Below are positions 13,341 through 25,850 of a stretch of DNA of 64,000 nucleotides, piece after piece; position 1 is the first letter of the stretch; each line of letters begins with the position of its first letter. Location: positions 541,023 to 605,022 of the forward strand of contig MU058451.1 in the NCBI GenBank assembly GCA_013265495.1, given 5' to 3'. Made by a program: the position numbers and the translations under genes. The stretch is from Vicugna vicugna. Its lineage: Eukaryota. Below the pieces are notes generated by a model that worked only from the letters and a program-made list of their open reading frames with translations, searched no databases and was not told where the DNA came from.

Positions 13341-14751
13341 TGTGCTCTTCACTTACAAAAGGTTGACAACGGGGATGTTAAATAGTTTTATGTAAGTGAC
13401 CAAGAGCTATTAAAAATTCACAAGAACCACAGAAGAACTTAAGAGCCTTCTGTCTACACTAGTAATTCAGAAATGCTAATAACCCAGATAAAGTTATACT
13501 GAAATTTACTTGCTCTGTAAAGACAGGGAAATATATTACACAAGTCTGCAAGAGGGATGTTTAAAATATCTGATAACAAAATATTCAGAAGCAGACTAAC
13601 CTGCTCTATAAAGAGCACAGGCTTTAGCATTCTGACTCATTTACTAGCTGTGTGGCCGTGAGTCTCTAAATCTCTGAGTTTATTTCTTCAGCTGTGCGAC
13701 GAGGACCACGTTCCTTGCTTCACTGGGTTTTTGTGAGGACAGGTCTGTGAAGGTCCCCGCACAGTACCTGGCGGGTAGGGTAGCAGGCTTTAGTGCACAG
13801 TAGCTATGGCTACAGAACGTCATTTACACGTGAGCCCCAGCTGTGCTGATAATAAGCCAGTTCACTAGACTCACTGAAGCGAACAGTCCGAGAACCTGTA
13901 CTAGGCAGCTTCTCGTTAGCTTTGCTCGAATGTGAGTGCATCAAATGTCTATTCTGTTCTCTTTCAAAATAGCTCTCAGCCTCTGTTCCTTTTATGTCAT
14001 AATATTAATCTAAATGTCCAGCCCCACTGATGTGTTTCGTATCCCCTCAGCAGTGGGAGCTCATGAGAAAATATAAAGGTATAGAAGACACTTATTTACA
14101 GAGCTTTCCATGGCTCTTTGGTTAGGAGCAAGTTAGAAGAACTTAAAAAATTAGGTAATCTAGTCTCTTTCTCCTTCCGGGGCTTCTTGTTGGGTCCTGA
14201 ATCTTTCTTAGCTTTTAGGATGGAGGGGAGATTCATATTCCAGAGCAGTGCCATCAGAGCTGAACACTAACAACAGGTTTCTTTTTCTGGAGAATTAAAA
14301 TAAATATACAGTTTATATTTGTATGGAAGCCTTTGGTATTTCCGTACTGTGAGTTAAAAAATCTAAATTTCAGAGGTCAAATGTTACCCAAGGTTGGTTA
14401 CACAGCTAAAATAGAGTCCACAACAGAAATCAAGTTAACAGCAAAGCTGAAGATAACTTATGGAATGAAAAAAAATTTCTTGTTCCAGTAAGTTTATTTC
14501 CTTTTTTAAGTAGTTCTATTAATAGCTGTGTGATGTTAAAAAATAACCCTTATATCTTTATAAAAAGTTATTAATACAACTCTCAGCCTTCTTTTCATTG
14601 CTAGACAAGGCTCAGGGGTATAATTTAGAAAAAAGTAGTTTATATGTATCTCTTCCAGGCTGAGAACTCAAAGAACACATCCAGACAAACCAAAATGAAT
14701 CTTCCTCATCATCTGACACAAATGGTTTGCTAGATTAAAAAAATTACCTAC

Positions 14752-14930
14752 CTGGATATATAACAGCAGCTTTGACTTTTAGTAACTCTTTTAGGGAGTT
14801 CATATAATCATAGAGGTCTTCAAATACCGTTGTTCCTTCTCCTAGGATGCAGTCTCCAGAAAAGAGCGCATTTTCCTCTTCTAACAGTAGAGCCATATGA
14901 TCATCAGTGTGGCCAGGTGTATATATAACT
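14752..14930 (-). CDS. LACTB2: LACTB2 exon 4 (179 nt; [59 protein letters not shown])
   Basis: TPGHT and FSGD MBL-fold motifs; acceptor aaccag|, donor CAG|GTAGGT. Confidence 0.97.
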
Positions 14931-15349
14931 CTGGTTCAAAGAAGAAAGAGTAGCAATTATGAACTCTTAGGCTTAGAAGACATTTTGGGAAGTAAATTAT
15001 TCTCTATCATCTCTGGACAAGACACAAATAAAGGGTGTCAACAAGTTTTTTTTAAAAAAGCTCCTTTTTCTCTTGTGGCCTTCTGAAAATTATCAGAAAA
15101 TTCTCTCCTTTAGCTAAATCACACTTCTCACTCTAAAGTGCAAATTTAATATTTCTGCTACCTTTTCTTTCTTATAAGTAATAAGCACTGATTACAACAA
15201 ATTTGGAAAACAGAAAAGGCAAGTACTTAAAGGAGATAAAAATCACCCATCATTCCACTACTCAGATAGTGCTTTTATTATTTAAAACTGTATTTTTTTC
15301 AAACACACACACACACATCACGACAACACACATTCTTTTATGAGAAACA

Positions 15350-16130
15350 ACTAAGAAAAAAGCACTTTCATATGTTGCTGGTGGCAGTCCAAAATGGTAG
15401 AGCCTACATGGAGGGGAATTTGGCATCTTCTAGCAAAATTACATATGCATTAATCCTTTGACTTATCAATCCCACTGCTAGAATTTACCCTGAAAATACA
15501 CCTTTACAAAAATAAAAAATATGTACAAGTTATTCATTCATACATTATTTGTAATAACAAAATAGTAGGAACAACCCAGATGTCCATCCATAGGGCACTA
15601 TGGATAAAGTACAGTACAGTCACACAATGGAATATTATGCAGCTATCAAAAATGAGGAAGGTCTCTATGAATGCATATGGAGTAATCTGCAGGATATAAT
15701 GTCAAGTGATAAGAAAGCAAGGCACAAAAGGGTGTTCATAGTATGCTCTTTTGTATAAGAAAGAACGGTAAATAAAAATATAAGCATATATTTCCTTATT
15801 TTTGCAAAAAGAAAGTCAGGGTGTATAAATAAAAAACTAATGAATATAGCTGTCTATAGCAGGTAGGCAGGTGGGGTGTAGGGAACAGAGATTCAAGCAA
15901 GAATTCTCTGATTAGAACTTTTAACGTTTTATGTTTTAACTTTTAAGCTATGTAAATATTTTATATATTCTAAACATAAAATTAAATAAAAAGAAAAAGA
16001 AAACCTTAACACTGAATATGGAAAGAAGTGAATCTTACTGTGTACTAGATAGAAAACAAAGCCACAGTAACAAGTGAATTAATTCAAATAAGCTTTAAAT
16101 GCAATACTAAGACATCATTAATAGAATATA
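15350..16130 (+). mobile_element. Old L1 (L1M-type) 3' fragment
   Basis: Degenerate L1 ORF2-end and 3' UTR motifs (acaacccagatgtccatc; atggaatattatgcagct). Confidence 0.6.
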
Positions 16131-16140
16131 TCTTAAGATA

Positions 16141-16278
16141 GGGGGAGGGTATAGCTCAGTGGTAGAGCACATGCTTACCATGCACAAGGTTCTGGGTTCA
16201 ATCCCCAGTAACTCCCTTAAAAATAAATTAAATAAATAAACAAACCTAATTACCTCCCCCCTCCAAAAAAAAAAGAAA
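16141..16278 (+). mobile_element. tRNA-derived SINE (Vic-1-like)
   Basis: A box TAGCTCAGTGG, B box GGTTCAATCC, A-rich tail; TSD agaatatatcttaagata with a TA expansion in the right copy. Confidence 0.88.
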
Positions 16279-16654
16279 GAATTATATATATATATATATC
16301 TTCAGATAAAAAAACTGCAAAGATATCTTGAACTTTATTTAATATGCTTATTGCTGGCAATATTATTGGTTATTATGTTTCTGAAATGAATTTGTGTTAA
16401 TTGTTTGATAGGATAAACAAGTAAATAAATTGATGTGGAGAACCAAGGTTTTCACTATGGGATAAGGGAAAAATACATATGAAATAAGGAAATTAAGGTT
16501 TGGGGTTGTTTGTTATTTGAACTGAGGAATCATGAATCATTTTTTTCCCTCGCTCTGTCTATAAATAGGCCAAGAAACACACCTCATGAGATAAATTATA
16601 GTATAGTGATATGTCATAGTGTCTGCAATTTCTCTTCTTTTTTGTTTTGATGTA

Positions 16655-17330
16655 TTTTTTCACCAGTTTTACTGAGATATAATTGACATACAACATTGAA
16701 GTTCGAGGTATACAAGATAATGATTTTATGTATGTCTACATTGTGAAATGATCACCATAATAAGTTTAGTTAACATCCATCACCTCACATAATTACATCT
16801 TTTCCCTGTGATGAGAACTTTCAAGATCTACTCTTAGCAATTTTCAAATACACAATACATTACTGTTAACTACAGTCACCATGCTGTACATTACATTCCC
16901 AGAACTTATTTATCTTATACCTGGAAGTTAGTACCTTTTGACCACCTTCACCTATTTCTCCCACCCCCTACCTCCCAATTCTTACAACTACCAATCTGTT
17001 CTCTTTCTGAGGGTCTGGTTTTTATAGATTCTGCATTTAAGTGAGGTCATATAGTATTTATCTTTCTCTGTCTGACTTAGCATAAGGCCTGCCCATGTTG
17101 TTGCAAATGGCAGGATTTCCTTCCTTTTTTATAGCTCAGTAATATTCTACTGTATATATACCACATCTTCTTTATCCAGTCATCTGTTGATAGATACTTA
17201 GGTTGTTTCCATGTCTTGGCTATTGTAAATAGTGCTGCAGTGAACATTGCGGTGCAGATATCCCTTCAAGGTAGTGATTTCATTTTCTTTGAATATGTAC
17301 CCAGAAGTGGAATTGGTGGATCATATGCTT
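16655..17330 (-). mobile_element. L1 3' fragment
   Basis: Reverse-strand L1MA-type 3' UTR motifs. Confidence 0.75.
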
Positions 17331-17359
17331 TTACTTTTTAAGAGTATCAACTTTTAAAT

Positions 17360-17411
17360 TTTAATTTTTTAATTGAAATGTCGATTTACAATGTCGTATT
17401 AGTTTCTGATG
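17360..17411 (-). mobile_element. Very short L1 3' tail, minus strand
   Basis: ttttttaattgaa...gatttacaatgtcgtattagtttctg is the reverse complement of the same tail family; degenerate TSD aagagtatcaacttttaaa/aagaatattaatttttaaa. Confidence 0.55.
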
Positions 17412-18949
17412 AAGAATATTAATTTTTAAAGATTTTCTTTGTATATTTATATCTTAAAAACAAAATTGAGATGTTTTAATATCTGATTTAAAATTTTTGC
17501 ACTTACCATACTGTATTTTTCTGCATCACTAAATTGTTTCTAAAACGGTTTTTAGTGTTTGCAGAGCAGTCTACTATATGAGTGAATCATAATTTAATTG
17601 CCTATTGCTGGGCAGTTTTTCTCCATCAATAACACTGAGATAAGCATCCTTAAAAACAGTATTTTTTGGCTGTTTTTCTGATTTGGTCTCAGAATTTTTT
17701 TTTTTTTAACAGAGTAGTTATTCTATGTACGTCTCTCCTCCCTCCTCCCTCCCCCATGCGTGTATGTCTGACTCACTTCAGTCATTAAGGTTTAAGCTTT
17801 CTGGTTTTTAGACTTTCTTGCTGTCACCTTTATATGTACTGCATTTTATTTCCTCTTGTTCTTTTCTTGGTGATTTGTCAGCTACCCATCCTTAAGTAGA
17901 TGTAAGAAACTGAGCAAACTAACCTCCCTTAATGTCAGTTTTTCACTGAAATGTGAATAATATGTGTCTCAAAGGATTGCTGAGAGGTTCAAAGACAAGC
18001 ATTTAAGTGCTCAGCATATTTGGCACAAAGTTACATGCTTAATAAATGGTAAATATTTTATTTTAGCAGTGGGTAGCTAAAAGTTTAAAAGAAACATACT
18101 TTATTTTTTCTTTTACATTAAAAATTGACAGAACAAAGCAATTTTTATTGATTTCACCCTCTATTAAGATAAAAAATTTAGCACTTATGTCCTTTGTCTT
18201 CTTCTGTTTTCAGCTTTTGTTAATAAACAAAATTATTATAATAGTAAAGACTTAAAACATGACAAATATTTTAGCTCAATAACCTCCATTTACATTTATA
18301 TAAGGTTTATAACTATACTAACAATAAGCTAGTTAAACAAAGAGCTAGGTGTAAATAATTTGTTCTGTAGAGAACCTGATTTCTCAGCCACAGAGAGATA
18401 ATCCTTTCTACTGGTCATTTTTTTTCTGCTATTACTCCTATACTCTGAATTATACTTCTGTTATTGCGGGTTTCATGTTGTTTTCTTATTTGTTTACCAT
18501 TCTAACCTCACAAGGCTATGAATTCCTGAAAGGCAGGACTCCTGTCTTATTCCCACTTTTATATTCCCAGTGCTTAGCAATTACTAGTAGCTAATATTAA
18601 TATATTGCTTTCCATGTGCCAGGCACTGACTTCAGGGATTTACAGGTATTATACACTTAATGCTTTTACTGGTCTGGGGTGGGTACTATTAATCTCTTCA
18701 TTTTACATTTCAGATAACTGAATCACAGGAAATAGCAATAAATGTTTAATGAAATATGGTTTAAATTAGATTCTATTTAGCTTAAGAGGTCAATTATCTT
18801 TCTCTTTGCTTATTCTAAATAGCACTGCATTTTTATGTGCTTGGAATACTTTAAATACATTTTCTCAATGATGGATTTTGTTGGGGAGGGGAGCGCAAAT
18901 AGAACTGCAGATTTGTATTTACTATTTAGGAATTGAACATGTGTTTCTG

Positions 18950-21090
18950 GTTAAAGATAGTGGTTTGAACACCTGCATCTTTACTGTTCTTCCTAGAACA
19001 CCAATAAAATGACCATAAAGGGATTTTTAAAAAATGGCATAAACTCCCAGGGGTGAGGACAATGGACCACATCATCAAAATTTTAGAATTTAGAAAGAAG
19101 ACAGATGAGTGATAAGTGACCTATCAGACATGAGAAAACTGAAGCCTAAGCTGCGGGTGGTAAGAGCTGAGGACCAGCCAGATTTACAGACACTGCAGAA
19201 TTCTCCAGTCTCAGGATGTTGGTCCCAGGAATCTGGAATAAAAGGTGAGGTGGGAGGGGAGGCTAAAATGAGAACTGGTTCAGAGTCTGCTTAACAAACA
19301 TTTAGATCTTCAGATTCTCTTCCCATTTTGAGCAGTTTGACCCCACTGAGGGAGAAGACTGGAGATTTAACCTTTGAAAAGGGTAAAACACAGGCCCAGA
19401 TGGCGGTAGTGACACTATACTGAAACCAGGCTGTGTGAATCTCCAAGCCTTCTTTCCACAGTCAGCTCCTAGAAAGGCTGGCATCCAGGCTTTTATCCTA
19501 CATGAAGACTCTAAGAGTCTTTTCTGGGGAATTTTACCAGCTCAGGAAGAAAGACTAAGATACCAGTGTGGGAAGTTCCCCAGCTAAATTAAACAATTCA
19601 TCTACATTAACCCCAGAGTGAGGCTCACAACCTACAAAAGCTCTCCTCACATTTTCAGAGCTCCCAAACAGCTGTGTAGTCTCCGTGAGAAGACATCAGT
19701 AAATACCAGATGAGCAGAATTACTAGACATCCGAAGAAAGCCCCTCTCACTGAGGAGAGCAAATGAAAACAAAGTTATTTGGAGGCAAAAAATATAAGGA
19801 AGAAAATTACCCCCAAAACAAAAAAAGAAAGCACACAACCGCCTATCCCCCAAAACTGTAATGTCCTCAGAAAGACAAAAAGTTGCAACTACGAAGGAAG
19901 AAAGGATAGTGTGAAAGGACCATTTAGGGAGCCAAAAGAGCTTCTGAAAATTAAAAATGTGAGAAGAGAAAAGAAAAACTTAATAGGATTAGGAGATAAA
20001 GCTGAAAAAACCTCCCAGAAAGTGTAACAAAAACCCAAAAAGATGGAAAATGGGAGAAAAAAATAAAGTTAGAGGACGAATTTAAGAGTTCTTACTAAAG
20101 GAGTTTTAGTAAATGAAACAGATCAAAACAGATGAGATAAAATAATCAATGAGCAACTTCAAGAACAATGGTTAGAACTGAAGGACACAGGTTTCCAGAC
20201 TAAAAAGGCCTATCAAACAAAGACCCAGCACCATAAACTCCCTCCAACGTGCATCGTGGTGACATTTCAGAACACAGTGAAAAAGCTCAGGAATCAGAAG
20301 GGTTTCAGATTTCTCAATCACAATATTGTAACTAGAAGGCAATGAAATGTTGCATACAAAACTGAGACTGAAAAAAGATTTTCAACTTGGAATCCGGACC
20401 CAGTGCACCTTAAATCAAATCGGATTTACAAAAAGACATTTTTAGACATGTAAGTCCTCAAAAATGCACCGTTTTTTTTTTTTTTCCCTCAGAATGCTAT
20501 TGCAGATGAGCTCCACCAAAAAAGGAGTACCAGGAAAATGACGGGGTACAGCAAATCGGAGGTTCGAGGCTAGAGAGAGGCAAAGGGTGAGTGTGAAGGG
20601 AATTGTGGGGTGACAGCAGCATCAGCCTGGTTCCCCAACTAAACGGAACCTGGGGGAAACCAGTTGGAACGCAGCAGGTTGGGAGGCTCGGAGGGAGGAG
20701 GTTCTTCCAGAAGACGAAAGTGCGAGAATCCCTGATACACTTAAATATCCTGAGAGGAGAGGTATGTAATCAGAGTTGAGTTAATGATAAGTACCTAGAA
20801 AACGATCCAAATAAAAACCAAAACAAAACAATTATTAACTGCAGGAAAGCAGGAAAGGAAAAGTAAGCACAGTTTACAACATGGTTTACGTACAGTGTCT
20901 ATCGTTCTAATAGTGGAAACACTGAGCACTAATCTCGTCAAAATTCTGACCCCATGAGGTTGGGAGACAGGAACGCTGCCCATAAATGGGAGAAGGGGAG
21001 AAACCGATTCTAATTTTTTTTCAGAGTGGGAAATTAACAAATACCTGGAAGGAAAAATGAAGACAAAGCAAAGAATCAAATAGTCTTTCA
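18950..21090 (+). mobile_element. Old L1/HAL1-like 5' and ORF1 region relic
   Basis: A-rich degenerate ORF1-like sequence (ttctcaatcacaatattgtaactagaaggcaatg); boundaries approximate. Confidence 0.5.
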
Positions 21091-22294
21091 AGATTTGTTA
21101 CTATTACTGCTCCACCCTGTTTAATTTTTTTCTCCATAGAGGCATCCATTTGCACTTCTTTGGCTAATTATTTGCATATGCCTGTATTTTTATGCACAAC
21201 AAAGCCAGACTATCACAGGTAATTCTGAATGCCTCCCTTCCTCTAGACCCTGATCAGCCTCGCTACTGACCTAAATGTATTTTCAAGTTTGGTTTTGAGA
21301 TTCTGGAAATCATAAACCTTTCTTTTAACAAAGAAACTTAGATTACATGATTTTTTAAGTCTAGTCTTGTATTAAAAAGAGAAATCTATAGAAAGTACAC
21401 AAATAAGCTTAAATTACACACGTTAAGCTTTCCACACAGGACCGTGTTACTACTAAGCAATCATGAACCCTCACCAAAAAGATGTGTAATTGCCATTAGC
21501 AACTAAAGGTGCAGTATTTCCACAGGCAACTTTAACAAACCTTTAAAAGCCAGATAGTTTCACTACTACTTAATCTATCCCAGAGCATAGAAAAAGAAGG
21601 AAAACTTACACTCCCAAATCTGATAAAAGCTGCACAAAGAGAAAACTACCACCCAATCTTACTAATGCATATTGTTATAAAAATCTTAATTAAAATATTA
21701 ACAAGTAGAATTCAAAAGCAAATTTAAAAATAATGACATTGTGATCAAGTAAAGTTTATTCAAAAAATGCAAGGGTGTTTCAGTATTGTAAGAGCTCTGA
21801 AATTAATAATAAAGCTATGGAGAAAAGTAAGGCCATCTCCCTAGACACTACAAACACACTTGACAAAATCCAACTCTTAAATAACAGTATTTAAGAAAAC
21901 TGAAATGATTGTAACTTAAGAGTTTCTCCTTTGCCCCCCCAAAAAAGTCAAATCCTTAATATTAAATATTGAAATGTAAAGCCTTTGAAAAATCTGCTAA
22001 AAATGTAATAGAAAGTACAAGAACATGAGATACTAGCATAATGGGAGCAATTATTTTTGAGAGGCATTAAGAACTGTCATTAAAAACTATTAAGCTTTTA
22101 GGTTTCTAAGTGTATGCTTTATATATTGCAAACAATTACAATATTATAGCTGTACCAGCAGCAAGGTATTAAAGAGATTTAGAAATCATCTCTTTTCTGA
22201 TTAAACCCACTACAATCTGTTAATTAAAGTATTCAATGTTATGTGAAAATGATTCTAGGGGGTATATATCCAGCAACTATAAAAATGTGAAGTC

Positions 22295-22856
22295 AATATA
22301 CAGGATGGGAAAAAAACTGCAAATCATATATCTGGTAAGGAATTAATATCTAAGATATATAACGAATTTGTGCAACTCAACAACAAAAAAAAACCCAATT
22401 AAAAAAAATGATCAAAGACCTGAATAGACATTTTTCCAAACATATACGAAAGACCAACAGGGACATGAAAAGATGCTCACCATTACTAGTCATAAGGAAA
22501 TGCAAATTAAAATGACAATGAGATGTTACCTCAGCCCTGTTAGACGGGCCATCAGCAAAAAGAGATAAATGCTGGCATGAATGTGGAGAAAAGGAAACCC
22601 TTGTGCACTATCGGTAGACTTGTAAATTGGTGCAGCCACTGTGGAAAACAATATGAAGTAATATCAAAAAATTAAAAATAGTACTACCATGTGATCCAGC
22701 AACTCCACTTCTGGGAATATAGCCATAAGAAATGAAAACACTAACTGGGAAAGATATTTGTACCCCAATGTTCATAGCAGTGTATTTATAATAGCCAAAA
22801 CAAGGAAACAACATAAGTGTCCACTGATGGAAGAATGGATAAAGAAGTTGTGGTGT

Positions 22857-22938
<82 letters not shown>

Positions 22939-23410
22939 TGGAATATTATTCAGCCATAACAAACGAGGAAACCCTACCATGTGTGACAACATGGATGGAC
23001 CTTAAAGGCATTATGCTAAGTAAAATAAGTCAGGCAGAGAAAGACAAATACTGCGTGATCTCACTTATATGTGGAATCTTCAAAAAAGACAAGAAAACAT
23101 CAAGCTCATAGAAGAGATCAGACCTGTGGTTACCAGAGGTTGGGGGGGGGACTGGAGAAAGATAGTCAAAAGGTACAAATTTCCAATTATAAATAAGTAT
23201 TGGGCATATAATGGACAACATGAATACTAAAATTAACACTGCTGTATGATAAATAAAAAAAGTTACTCAGAGAGTAAATGAAGAGTTCTTATCACAAGGA
23301 GAAAATTGTTTTTTCTTTCTTTTCTTTTTATTGTATCTATATGAGATGGTGGATATTAGCTGAACCTACTAATATAATCGTTTCATAGTGTATGTAAATC
23401 AAACCATCAT
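22295..23410 (+). mobile_element. L1 3' fragment (ORF2 C-terminus + 3' UTR)
   Basis: ORF2-like peptide remnants (EYYSAI...TTWMDLKGIMLSKISQAEKDKY) in ORF 22758..23111. Confidence 0.85.
22858..22936. repeat. (AC)n microsatellite, about 39 uninterrupted units
   Basis: Direct reading. Confidence 0.97.
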
Positions 23411-24302
23411 GGAAGAACTATGTGGGTGTGAGTATGTATCTTATGTTATGGACAATCTTATGAACAATCACACACAGAATGCATTTATAAGTAGAATCCA
23501 ATTTTTTTTTTAATCACAAAAACTCATTTGGAGAACCATTCTGTTTCAGAGCCTGCAAACTGTCTTATCTGTCAATGTGCTTGCAAGACCTCCTTTATTA
23601 TTTGCCTCCCCCTCTTCACACCAGAACTCGCTTAAGATTTTCTTTTGATATCTTCTAGGCGGAAGGCAATAGGATTTCTTAAATCAGGGAATCGGAAATT
23701 CCAATTCTCCAGTCACCTGGGTGGCTAATGCTTTAATCTGCATAAAAACTGAGTTAAAATTCACTTCACGTAGGCAGGGGGAGAAGAGGAAATGACATCA
23801 GAGGTGCTTTGCTAAAGATCAGAGGCCTTGCAGCTGTGGCCTTCCCATTCATCAGGTAGAGCATTTATCTAGTTCTGCCACCTCTGTGATAGAGCAGACT
23901 TTATAAGGATGGCTCTCTCAGAAAATTTGGAACAGCCAACAAAAGCTGTCAGATTGACTTTTCTCTGAGACTGAAGGTTACAACCAGAATCAAATCCTTA
24001 CTGAAAAACCTTGATAACTTTCTACACTTTACTAGGGTGCTTGGTGGGTATTATCTCTATCTCTATTGTATTTTTTTTTCTTCCAAATTTGGCAAGCAGA
24101 CAAGATCTTTGAGGTTAAAACCTAATCTTATTAGATGTGGTGGGTCAGGGGAGAGGGAGTGAGAAGAGTGAGGAGGAGGAGTCAGCTTCTGTCTTAGCAG
24201 AAAAAAACTTCAGTACAGAGAAGTAGATATTCTCAAGTCAGAAAGCAAGTACAGATTGTGGGGAACCACAATTAATTTGGTTTTAAAAGTTCCAAAAACT
24301 TT

Positions 24303-24470
24303 GCAAGTGGCAGAGCACGCGCTTTGCATGCACGAGGTCCTCGGTTCAATCCCCAGTATGTCCTACAAAAATAACCTAATTACCTCACCCCCCACAAAAA
24401 CAACAAACAAATACAATAAAAATAAAATCAAGCCCATTAAAAAAAAAGCAGTCGTTAAAAAAAAACAACA
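24303..24470 (+). mobile_element. 5'-truncated tRNA-derived SINE (Vic-1-like)
   Basis: gaggtcctcggttcaatccccagt...aacctaattacctc and an A-rich tail. Confidence 0.8.
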
Positions 24471-24691
24471 AAAACGAGTTTGAAACACCTTTTTGAATCC
24501 CTCAAATAGGTCGTGGGGGATTATGGGTCTGACCTGAAACGTATTTACTTCAGCTATGGGTCACTTTTTGGAAGTTAGAGCACGAGAAAGCCCTGAATTT
24601 AACCGATGGGTAGGATCCCTAAATCCCCCGAGCAGGAAATGTTAATCTATTTTTTTAAAATTTAAATTTTTTTCAAAAAAGGTAATCATAG

Positions 24692-25320
24692 TAATGCAGG
24701 AAAACGGATGTGGGGCATGAGGAGGGCCGAGTCCCAGGTCTCGGTTGAGCCCCTGGGACGTGCCCCACCAAGTGTGGGTCCTTGGCTTCACGCAGGAAAG
24801 AATTCAAGTGCGAGCCACTGTTGAGCAAAGGTAGATTTATTTAGAGAGATACATACTGCATAGAGTGTAAGGCAAGAGAAAGGCAAGGAAAGAGGTGTGG
24901 GAATTGGGTGCTCAAGTTAAAGTAAAAGTAGGTGCACACTCCATAGACAGAGTGCGGGCCGTCTCCAAAGGGGAGAGAGTGAAAAGGGCCACTAGGCCTG
25001 ATGGTGTCACTTTTTATGGTCTCAGTAGCTTCACGTGCCTACAGGTGGGATCAATCCAACTGCCCTGGGGAAGGGGCTGGCATTCCCAGGGACTGGGCCA
25101 CCACCCATCCTTTGGCCTTTTGTGGTTAGCCTTGGGGCTGTCATGGCGCCTGCGGGCATGTTATTTGATCCTGCTGTTACAACTGAGCATAAATAAGCTC
25201 AAAGTCTATTAGAAGTCAAACCTCTTAATCCTCAAGACCAACTAGGCGGTGACTCTTCCACCATTTTGGTTGCTGTCATTCCTTGAGTGGCTGGGCCCTG
25301 CCCTCTTCCCTCCTGTCTCA
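24692..25320 (-). mobile_element. Solo LTR (ERV1-like), about 630 bp
   Basis: Begins TGAGACAGG on the minus strand; TATA-like ATAAAAA near 25011-25017; AATAAA at 24836-24841; 4-bp TSD ATAG at 24688-24691 and 25321-25324. Confidence 0.75.
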
Positions 25321-25464
25321 ATAGCACAGGGAACTATATTCACTATCTTGTAGTAACCTATAATGAAAACGAATATATATATGTATATGTATGACTGAAA
25401 CACTATGCTGTACACCAGAAACTGACACAACACTGTAAGTGCACTATACTTCAATAAAAAAAAG
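25321..25464 (+). mobile_element. Young 5'-truncated L1 3' end
   Basis: atagcacagggaactatatt...tgtacaccagaaactgacacaac...tatacttcaataaaa; TSD AAAAAGGYRATCA at 24676-24688 and 25465-25477. Confidence 0.8.
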
Positions 25465-25723
25465 AAAAAGGCGATCAATTAATTCAAACAAATCATTTAA
25501 AAAAAGGCAGATAGAAAAGCTTTTTCTTTTGTCATGTTTCTCAAGCAACCCATTTTCTCTTCCCAGAGTAACCAGTATTACCAGATCTTCTGTATCCCTC
25601 CTGAGATACTTTCACTCATGCAAGCAAATATGTAGAAATCTTCCTTACCCCTCTTTTTAAAACACATATATACATTGACACCCCCTGCCCCCCGCCCTTC
25701 CTGGCTCAAGGACGTTTACTTAC

Positions 25724-25850
25724 CTTAGAGTGGCGCCCTCAGTCTTAATCACATCTCCATCTTTCACATAAATGTACTGCTGCTCTCCATCTCCTATAAT
25801 TTCCTCTCTCTTGGGATTCCGTGGGAGTTTTTTAATGCAATATGCAGTGT
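25724..25850 (-). CDS. LACTB2: LACTB2 exon 3 (127 nt; [42 protein letters not shown])
   Basis: Hand translation; acceptor gactag|, donor AG|GTAAGT; frame continuous with exons 2 and 4. Too short for the ORF track. Confidence 0.96.

Noticed and set aside
16141..16212. tRNA-like sequence with A and B boxes (also five other copies)
   Set aside because: All share a non-tRNA tail (AACCTAATTACC) and A-rich ends, most have TSDs, and the copies diverge from each other: they are SINEs, not tRNA genes.
22608..23111. ORFs with (CV)n/(HT)n runs; similar ones at 57846-58208
   Set aside because: Translations of (AC)n microsatellites within L1 or MLT2 relics.
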